Origin: Eledone cirrhosa
Taxonomy: Eukaryota
Length of the DNA: 64,000 nucleotides
Assembly (NCBI GenBank): GCA_964016885.1
Contig: OZ024744.1
Coordinates: forward strand, 6,820,001-6,884,000
Reading direction: 5' to 3'
Positions within the stretch are counted from its first letter, which is position 1. Each line of letters starts with the position of its first letter. Below the pieces are notes generated by a model, which saw only the letters and a program-made list of their open reading frames with translations, made no database searches and had not been told where the DNA came from. Of the stretch, positions 54,501 through 64,000 are shown in pieces. The position numbers and the translations under genes were made by a program.

Positions 54501-57500
54501 AGATAGGTGTGGTGCAGTAACGGTTATGTCTACTGCAGTATTGCACTGATGTAGGTGTGGTGCAGTAACGGTTATGTCTCCTGCACTATTGCACTGAGGT
54601 AGGTGTGGTGCAGTAACGGTTATGTCTAATGCAGTATTGCACTGAGGTAGGTGTGGTGCAGTAACGGATATGTCTACTGCAGTATTGCACTGACGTACGT
54701 GTGGTGCAGTAACGGTTATGTCTACTGCAATATTGCACTGATATAGGTGTAGTGCAGTAACGGTTATTTCTACTGCAGTATTGCACTGAGGTAGGTGTGG
54801 TGCAGTAACGGTTATGCCTACTACAATATTGCACTGATGTAGGTGTGGTGCAGTAACGGGTATGTCTCTGCAGTATTACACTGATGTAAGTGTGGTGCAG
54901 TAACGGTTATGTCTACTGCAGTATTGAACTGATGAAGGTGTGGTCTAGTAAGGGTTATGTCTACTGCAGTATTGCACTGATGTAGGTGTGGTGCAGTAAC
55001 GGTCATGTCTACAGCAGTATTGCACTGATGTAGGTGTGGTGCAGTAACGGTTATTTCTACTGCAGTAATGCACTGAGGTAAGTGTGGTGCAGTAACGGCT
55101 ATGTCTACTGCAGTATTGCACTGAGCTAGCTGTGGTGCAGTAACGGTTATGTCTACTGCAGTATTGCACTGATGAAGGTGTGGTGCAGTAAAGGTTATTT
55201 CTACTGCTGTATTGCACTGGGATAGGTGTGGTGCAGTAACATTTATGTCTACTGCAGTATTGCACTGAGGTAGGTGTGGTGCAGTAACGGTTATGTCTAC
55301 TGCAGTATTGCACTGATGTAGGCGTGGTGCAGTAACGATTATGTCTACTGCAGTATTGCACTGAGGCAGGTGCGGTGCAGTAACGGTTATGTCTACTGCA
55401 GTATTGCACTGAGGTAGGTGTGGTGCAGTAACGGATATGTCTACCGCAGTATTGCACTGAGGTAGGTGTGGTGCAGTACCGGTTATGTCTACTGCAGTAT
55501 TGCACTGATGTAGGTGTGGTGCAGTAACGGTTATTTCTACTGCAGTATTGCACTGATGTAGGTGTGGTGCAGTAAAGGTTATGTCTACTTGAAGTATTGC
55601 ACTGGTGTAGGCGTGGTGCAGTAACAGTTATGTCTACTGCAGTATTGCACTGATGTAGGTGTGGTGGAATAACGGTTATGTCTACTGCAGTATTGCACTG
55701 AGTTAGGTGTGGTGCAGTAGCGGTATGTCTACTGCAGTATTGCACTGATGTAGGTGTGGTGCATTAACGCTTATGTCTACTGCAGTATTGCATTGATGTA
55801 GGCGTGGTCCAGTAACGGTTATGTCTACTGCAGTATTGCACTGATATAGGCGTGGTGCAGTAACGGTTATGTCTACTGCAGTATTGCACTGATCTAGGCG
55901 TGGTGCAGTAACGGTTATGTCTACTGCAGTATTGCACTGATTAGGTGTGGTGCAGTAACGGTTATTGCTACTGCAGTATTGCACTGATGTAGGTGTGGTG
56001 CATTAACGCTTATGTCTACTGCAGTATTGCACTGAGGTAGGTGTGGTGCAGTAACCGTTATGTCTACTGCAGTATTGCACTGAGGTAGGTGTGGTGCAGT
56101 AACGGTTATGTCTACCGCAGTATTGCACTATTGTAGGTGTGGTGCAGTAACGTTTATGTCTACTGCAGTATTGCACTGAGGTAGGTGTGGTGCAGTAACG
56201 GTTATGTCTACTGCAGTATTGAACTGAGGTAGGTGTGGTGCAGTAACGGTTATTTCTACTGCAGTATTGCACTATTGTAGGTGTAGTGCAGTAACGGTTA
56301 TGTCTACTGCAGTATTGCACTGATGTAGGTGTGGTGCACTAACGGTTATGTCTACTGCAATATTGCACTGATGTAGGTGTGGTGCAGTAACGGTTATGTC
56401 TACTGCAGTATTGCACTGATGTAGGTGTGGTGCAGTAACGGTTATGTCTTCTGAAGTATTGCACTGATGTAGGTGTGTTGCTGTAACGGTTATGTCTACT
56501 GCAGTATTGCACTGAGGTAGGTGTGGTGCTGTAACGGTTATGTCTACTGCAGTATTGCACTGAGGTAGGTGTGGCGCAGTAACGGCTATGTCCACTGCAG
56601 TATTGCACTGATGTAGGTGTGGTGCAGTAACGGTTATTTCTACTGCATTATTGCACTGATGTAGGTGTGGTGCAGTAACGGTTATTTCTACTGCATTATT
56701 GCACTGATGTAGGTGTGGTGCAGTAACGGTTAGGTCTACTGCAGTATTGCACTGAGGTAGGTGTGGTGCAGTAACGGTTATGTCTACTGTTGTATTGCAC
56801 TGAGGTATGTGTGGTGCAGTAACGGTTATGTCTACTGCAGTATTGCACTGATTAGGTGTGGTGCAGTAACGGTTATTGCTACTGCAGTATTGCACAGATG
56901 TAGGTGTGGTGCATTAACGCTTATGTCTACTGCAGTATTGCACTGAGGTAGGTGTGGTGCAGTAACCGTTATGTCTACTGCAGTATTGCACTGAGGTAGG
57001 TGTGGTGCAGTAACGGTTATGTCTACCGCAGTATTGCACTATTGTAGGTGTGGTGCAGTAACGTTTATGTCTACTGCAATATTGCACTGATATAGGTGTG
57101 GTGCAGTAACGGTTATGTCTACTGCAGTATTGCACTGAGAGAGGTGTGTTGCAGTAACCGTTATGTTTACTGCAGTATTGCACTGATGTAGGTGTGGTGC
57201 AGTAACAGTTATGTCTACTGCAGTATTGCACTAAGGTAGGTGTGGTGCAGTAACGGTTATGTCTAATGCAGTATTGAACTGAGGTAGGTGTGGTGCAGTA
57301 ACGGTTATTTCTACTGCAGTATTGCACTATTGTAGGTGTAGTGCAGTAACGGTTATGTCTACTGCAGTATTGCACTGATGTAGCTGTGGTGCAGTAACGG
57401 TTATGTCTACTGCAATATTGCACTGATGTAGGTGTGGTGCAGTAACGGTTATGTCTACTGCAGTATTGCACTGATGTAGGTGTGGTGCAGTAACGGTTAT

Positions 57501-58510
57501 GTCTTCTGAAGTATTGCACTGATGTAGGTGTGGTGCTGTAACGGTTATGTCTACTGCAGTATTGCACTGAGTTAGGTGTGGTGCTGTAACGGGTATGTCT
57601 ACTGCAGTATTGCACTGAGGTAATTGTGGTGCAGTACCGGTTATGTCTACTGTAGTATTGCACTGATGTAGGTGTGGTGCAGTAACGGTTATGTCTACTG
57701 CAGTATTGCACTGAGGTAGGTTTGGTGCAGTAACGGTTATGTCTACTGCAGTATTGTACTGATGTAGGTGTGGTGCAGTAACGATTATGTCTACTGCAGT
57801 ATTGCACTGAGGTAGGCGTGGTGCAGTACCGGTTATGTCTACTGCAGTATTGCACTGATGTAGGTGTGGTGCAGTAACGGTTATTTCTACTGCAGTATTG
57901 CACTAAGTTATGTGTGGTGCATTATCGGTTATGTCTACAGCAGTATTGCATTGAGGTAGGTGAGGTGCAGTAATGGTTATGTCTACAGCAGTATTGCACT
58001 GAGGTAGGTGTGGTGCAGTAACGGTTATGTATACTCCAGTATTGCACTGAAGTAGGTGTGGTGCAGTAACGGGTATGTCTACTGCAGTATTGCACTGATG
58101 TAGGTGTGGTGCAGTAACAGTTATTTCTACTGCAGTATTGCACTGATGTATGTGTGGTGCAGTAACGGTTATGTCTACTGCAGTATTGCACTGATGTACG
58201 TGTGGTGCAGTAACGGTTATGTCTACTGCAGTATTGCACTGATTAGTTGTGGTGCAGTAACGGTTATGTCTACTGCAGTATTGCACTGAGGTAGGTGTCG
58301 TGCAGTAACGGTTATGTCTACTGCAGTATTGCACTGAGATAGGTGTGGTGCAGTAACGGTTATGTCTACTGCAGTATTGCACTGATGTAGGTGTGGTGCA
58401 GTAACGGTTATGTCTCCTGCACTATTGCACTGAGGTAGGTGTGGTGCAGTAACGGTTATGTCTAATGCAGTATTGCACTGAGGTAGATGTGATGCAGTAA
58501 CGGATATGTC
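51570..58510. repeat. ~2.4-kb block repeated at 4508-bp offset (~51570-54000 and ~56080-58510), related to the 28.5-31 kb region
   Basis: The offset is 4508 (51764/56272, 52406/56914, 53395/57903), with a shared private GAGAGAGG variant (~52629/57137). Offsets to the earlier copy are 23071 (28693/51764) and 27579 (27242/54821, 28693/56272). Confidence 0.87.
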
Positions 58511-61500
58511 TACTGCAGTATTGCACTGAGGTAGGTGTGGTGCAGTAACGGTTATGCCTACTACAATATTGCACTGATGTAGGTGTGGTGCACTAACGGG
58601 TATGTCTCTGCAGTATTACACTGATGTAAGTGTGGTGCAGTAACGGTTATGTCTACTGCAGTATTGAACTGATGAAGGTGTGGTCTAGTAAGGGTTATGT
58701 CTACTGCAGTATTGCACTGATGTAGGTGTGGTGCAGTAACGGTCATGTCTACAGCAGTATTGCACTGATGTAGGTGTGGTGCAGTAACGGTTATTTCTAC
58801 TGCAGTATTGCACTGAGGTAAGTGTGGTGCAGTAACGGTTATGTCTACTGCAGTATTGCCCTGAGTTAGGTGTGGTGCAGTAACGGTTATGTCTACTGCA
58901 GTATTGCACTGATGAAGGTGTGGTGCAGTAAAGGTTATTTCTACTGCTGTATTGCACTGAGATAGGTGTGGTGCAGTAACATTTATGTCTACTGCAGTAT
59001 TTTACTGAGGTAGGTGTGGTGCAGTAACGGTTATGTCTACTGCAGTATTGCACTGATGTAGGCGTGGTGCAGTAACGATTATGTCTACTGCAGTATTGCA
59101 CTGAGGCAGGTGTGGTGCAGTAACGGTTATGTCTTCTGCAATATTGCACTGATATAGTTGTGGTGCAGTAACGGTTATGTCTACTGCAGTATTGCACTGA
59201 GATAGGTGTGGTGCAGTAACCGTTATGTTTACTGCAGTATTGCACTGATGTAGGTGTGGTGCAGTAACAGTTATGTCTACTGCAGTATTGCACTGAGGTA
59301 GGTGTGGTGCAGTAACGGTTATGTCTACTGCAGTATTGAACTGAGGTAGGTGTGGTGCAGTAACGGTTATTTCTACTGCAGTATTGCACTATTGTAGGTG
59401 TAGTGCAGTAACGGTTATCTCTACTGCAGTATTGCACTGATGTAGGTGTGGTGCAGTAACGGTTATGTCTACTGCAATATTGCACTGATGTAGGTGTGGT
59501 GCAGTAACGGTTATGTCTACTGCAGTATTGCACTGATGTAGGTGTGGTACAGTAACGGTTATGTCTTCTGAAGTATTGCACTGATGTAGGTGTGGTGCAG
59601 TAACGGTTATGTCTACTGCAATATTGCACTGATGTAGGTGTGGTGCAGTAACGGTTATGTCTACTGCAGTATTGCACTGATGTAGGTGTGGTGCAGTAAC
59701 GGTTATGTCTTCTGAAGTATTGCACTGATGTAGGTGTGGTGCTATAACGGTTATGTCTACTGCAGTATTGCACTGAGGTAGGTGTGGTGCTGTAACGGGT
59801 ATGTCTACTGTAGTACTGCACTGAGGTAATTGTGGTGCAGTACCGGTTATGTCTACTGTAGTATTGCACTGATGTAGGTGTGGTGCAGTAACGGTTATGA
59901 CTACTGCAGTATTGCACTGAGGTAGGTTTGGTGCAGTAACGGTTATGTCTACTGCAGTATTGTACGGATGTAGGTGTGGTGCAGTAACGATTATGTCTAC
60001 TGCAGTATTGCACTGAGGTAGGCGTGGTGCAGTACCGGTTATGTCTACTGCAGTATTGCACTGATGTAGGTGTGGTGCAGTAACGGTTATTTCTACTGCA
60101 GTATTGCACTAAGTTATGTGTGGTGCAGTATCGGTTATGTCTACAGCAGTATTGCATTGAGGTAGGTGAGGTGCAGTAATGGTTATGTCTACAGCAGTAT
60201 TGCACTGAGGTAGGTGTGGTGCAGTAACGGTTATGTATACTCCAGTATTGCACTGATGTAGGTGTGGTGCAGTAACGGGTATGTCTACTGCAGTATTGCA
60301 CTGATGTAGGTGTGGTGCAGTAACGGTAATGTCTACTGCAGTATTGCACTGAGGTAGGTGTGGTGCAGTACCGGTTATGTCTACTGCAGTATTGCACTGA
60401 TGTAGGTGTGGTGCAGTAACGGTTATTTCTACTGCAGTATTGCACTGATGTAGGTGTGGTGCAGTAACGGTTATGTCTACTTGAAGTATTGCACTGATGT
60501 AGGTGTGGTGCAGTAACAGTTATGTCTACTGCAGTATTGAACTGATGTAGGTGTGGTGGAATAACGGTTGTCTACTGCAGTATTGCACTGAGTTAGGTGT
60601 GGTGCAGTAGCGGTATGTCTACTGCAGTATTGCACTGATGTAGGTGTGGTGCATTAACGCTTATGTCTACTGCAGTATTGCATTGATGTAGGCGTGGTGC
60701 AGTAACGGTTATGTCTACTGCAGTATTGCACTGATATAGGCGTGGTGCAGTAACGGTTATGTCTACTGCAGTATTGCACTGATGTAGGCGTGGTGCAGTA
60801 ACGGTTATGTCTACTGCATTATTGCACTGATTAGGTGTGGTGCAGTAACGGTTATTGCTACTGCAGTATTGCACAGATGTAGGTGTGGTGCATTAACGCT
60901 TATGTCTACTTCAGTATTGCACTGAGGTAGGTGTGGTGCAGTAACCGTTATGTCTACTGCAGTATTGCACTGAGGTAGGTGTGGTGCAGTAACGGTTATG
61001 TCTACCGCAGTATTGCACTATTGTAGGTGTGGTGCAGTAACGTTTATGTCTACTGCAATATTGCACTGATATAGGTGTGGTGCAGTAACGGTTATGTCTA
61101 CTGCAGTATTGCACTGAGATAGGTGTGGTGCAGTAACCGTTATGTTTACTGCAGTATTGCACTGATGTAGGTGTGGTGCAGTAACAGTTATGTCTACTGC
61201 AGTATTGCACTAAGGTAGGTGTGGTGCAGTAACGGTTATGTCTAATGCAGTATTGAACTGAGGTAGGTGTGGTGCAGTAACGGTTATTTCTACTGCAGTA
61301 TTGCACTATTGTAGGTGTAGTGCAGTAACGGTTATGTCTACTGCAGTATTGCACTGATGTAGGTGTGGTGCAGTAACGGTCATGTCTACTGCAATATTGC
61401 ACTGATGTAGGTGTGGTGCAGTAACGGTTATGTCTACTGCAGTATTGCACTGATGTAGGTGTTGTGCAGTAACGGTTATGTCTTCTGAAGTATTGCACTG

Positions 61501-64000
61501 ATGTAGGTGTGGTGCTGTAACGGTTATGTCTACTGCAGTATTGCACTGAGTTAGGTGTGGTGCTGTAACGGGTATGTCTACTGCAGTATTGCACTGAGGT
61601 AATTGTGGTGCAGTACCGGTTATGTCTACTGTAGTATTGCACTGATGTAGGTGTGGTGCAGTAACGGTTATGTCTACTGCAGTATTGCACTGATGTAGGT
61701 GTGGTGCAGTAACGGTTATGTCTCCTGCACTATTGCACTGAGGTAGGTGTGGTGCAGTAACGGTTATGTCTAATGCAGTATTGCACTGAGGTAGGTGTGA
61801 TGCAGTAACGGATATGTCTACTGCAGTATTGCACTGAGGTAGGTGTGGTGCAGTAACGGTTATGCCTACTACAATATTGCACTGATGTAGGTGTGGTGCA
61901 CTAACGGGTATGTCTCTGCAGTATTACACTGATGTAAGTGTGGTGCAGTAACGGTTATGTCTACTGCAGTATTGAACTGATGAAGGTGTGGTCTAGTAAG
62001 GGTTATGTCTACTGCAGTATTGCACTGATGTAGGTGTGGTGCAGTAACGGTCATGTCTACAGCAGTATTGCACTGATGTAGGTGTGGTGCAGTAACGGTT
62101 ATTTCTACTGCAGTATTGCACTGAGGTAAGTGTGGTGCAGTAACGGTTATGTCTACTGCAGTATTGCCCTGAGTTAGGTGTGGTGCAGTAACGGTTATGT
62201 CTACTGCAGTATTGCACTGATGAAGGTGTGGTGCAGTAAAGGTTATTTCTACTGCTGTATTGCACTGAGATAGGTGTGGTGCAGTAACATTTATGTCTAC
62301 TGCAGTATTTTACTGAGGTAGGTGTGGTGCAGTAACGGTTATGTCTACTGCAGTATTGCACTGATGTAGGCGTGGTGCAGTAACGATTATGTCTACTGCA
62401 GTATTGCACTGAGGCAGGTGTGGTGCAGTAACGGTTATGTCTTCTGCAATATTGCACTGATATAGTTGTGGTGCAGTAACGGTTATGTCTACTGCAGTAT
62501 TGCACTGAGATAGGTGTGGTGCAGTAACCGTTATGTTTACTGCAGTATTGCACTGATGTAGGTGTGGTGCAGTAACAGTTATGTCTACTGCAGTATTGCA
62601 CTGAGGTAGGTGTGGTGCAGTAACGGTTATGTCTACTGCAGTATTGAACTGAGGTAGGTGTGGTGCAGTAACGGTTATTTCTACTGCAGTATTGCACTAT
62701 TGTAGGTGTAGTGCAGTAACGGTTATCTCTACTGCAGTATTGCACTGATGTAGGTGTGGTGCAGTAACGGTTATGTCTACTGCAATATTGCACTGATGTA
62801 GGTGTGGTGCAGTAACGGATATGTCTACTGCAGTATTGCACTGATGTAGGTGTGGTACAGTAACGGTTATGTCTTCTGAAGTATTGCACTGATGTAGGTG
62901 TGGTGCAGTAACGGTTATGTCTACTGCAATATTGCACTGATGTAGGTGTGGTGCAGTAACGGTTATGTCTACTGCAGTATTGCACTGATGTAGGTGTGGT
63001 GCAGTAACGGTTATGTCTTCTGAAGTATTGCACTGATGTAGGTGTGGTGCTATAACGGTTATGTCTACTGCAGTATTGCACTGAGGTAGGTGTGGTGCTG
63101 TAACGGGTATGTCTACTGTAGTACTGCACTGAGGTAATTGTGGTGCAGTACCGGTTATGTCTACTGTAGTATTGCACTGATGTAGGTGTGGTGCAGTAAC
63201 GGTTATGACTACTGCAGTATTGCACTGAGGTAGGTTTGGTGCAGTAACGGTTATGTCTACTGCAGTATTGTACGGATGTAGGTGTGGTGCAGTAACGATT
63301 ATGTCTACTGCAGTATTGCACTGAGGTAGGCGTGGTGCAGTACCGGTTATGTCTACTGCAGTATTGCACTGATGTAGGTGTGGTGCAGTAACGGTTATTT
63401 CTACTGCAGTATTGCACTAAGTTATGTGTGGTGCAGTATCGGTTATGTCTACAGCAGTATTGCATTGAGGTAGGTGAGGTGCAGTAATGGTTATGTCTAC
63501 AGCAGTATTGCACTGAGGTAGGTGTGGTGCAGTAACGGTTATGTATACTCCAGTATTGCACTGATGTAGGTGTGGTGCAGTAACGGGTATGTCTACTGCA
63601 GTATTGCACTGATGTAGGTGTGGTGCAGTAACGGTAATGTCTACTGCAGTATTGCACTGAGGTAGGTGTGGTGCAGTACCGGTTATGTCTACTGCAGTAT
63701 TGCACTGATGTAGGTGTGGTGCAGTAACGGTTATTTCTACTGCAGTATTGCACTGATGTAGGTGTGGTGCAGTAACGGTTATGTCTACTTGAAGTATTGC
63801 ACTGATGTAGGTGTGGTGCAGTAACAGTTATGTCTACTGCAGTATTGAACTGATGTAGGTGTGGTGGAATAACGGTTGTCTACTGCAGTATTGCACTGAG
63901 TTAGGTGTGGTGCAGTAGCGGTATGTCTACTGCAGTATTGCACTGATGTAGGTGTGGTGCATTAACGCTTATGTCTACTGCAGTATTGCATTGATGTAGG
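58380..64000. repeat. Recent 3308-bp (69-monomer) tandem duplication, second copy truncated by the window end; related to the ~16.4-19.7 kb region
   Basis: The offset is 3308 (58561/61869, 58685/61993). The two 586-aa pseudo-ORFs are near identical, and the private variants GCTATAACGG and TGTACGGATG are shared. The offset to the earlier copy is 41965 (16720/58685, 18628/60593). Confidence 0.9.

Larger units (their letters stand above)
1..64000. repeat. 48-bp tandem satellite DNA array (~1,330 monomers, single orientation, PstI site in the consensus)
   Basis: The consensus GTCTACTGCAGTATTGCACTGATGTAGGTGTGGTGCAGTAACGGTTAT recurs every 48 bp from base 1 to 64000, usually with 0-4 substitutions per copy and occasional 46-, 47- or 49-bp copies. 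No non-repeat interruption was seen. CTGCAG lies at monomer positions 6-11. Confidence 0.99.

Noticed and set aside
4201-58289. Short plus-strand ORFs (MWCSNSYFYCSIAL...)
   Set aside because: They arise only where a few consecutive monomers happen to mutate the in-frame TAG, and are pure repeat sequence of 61-63 aa.
277-63753. Minus-strand ORFs (MQYCSRHNRYCTTPTS..., MTVTAPHLHQCN...) as real CDS
   Set aside because: They are translations of the satellite unit, mostly starting at the repeat's GTG. They have no unique N- or C-terminal domain and are broken by recurrent amplified stops and frameshifts.
1-64000. CRISPR array
   Set aside because: The repeats are palindromic but directly abut, with no unique spacers, leader or cas genes.
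1-64000. Whole array as an assembly or sequencing artefact
   Set aside because: Hierarchically shared variants among distant copies show real descent. The exact copy number of the near-identical 2349- and 3308-bp duplications still needs read-level confirmation.

Overview
The whole 64 kb is one uninterrupted head-to-tail tandem array of a 48-bp satellite monomer, about 1,330 copies in one orientation, running off both ends of the window. The consensus is GTCTACTGCAGTATTGCACTGA[T/G]GTAGGTGTGGTGCAGTAACGGTTAT (about 46% GC; + strand 65% G+T). I saw no unique sequence, transposon, RNA gene, CRISPR spacer or credible protein-coding gene. The ORF track is a by-product of a 48-bp unit with two stop-free minus-strand frames, mostly 'started' at GTG. 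The real information lies in the order of variant monomers, which form recurring cassettes. These were amplified by nested block duplications (offsets of about 0.72, 1.68, 2.35, 3.31, 4.03, 4.51, 5.6, 8.0 and 10.4 kb) and by distant copies at 22.5, 23.1, 27.6 and 42 kb. The result is an irregular higher-order structure with a younger, more homogeneous central layer, typical of eukaryotic satellite heterochromatin (inference). The monomer is rich in inverted repeats. I cannot assign organism or function and found no evidence of a new gene system. Block boundaries are approximate, to about one monomer. Offsets come from diagnostic variants and ORF-track coordinates.
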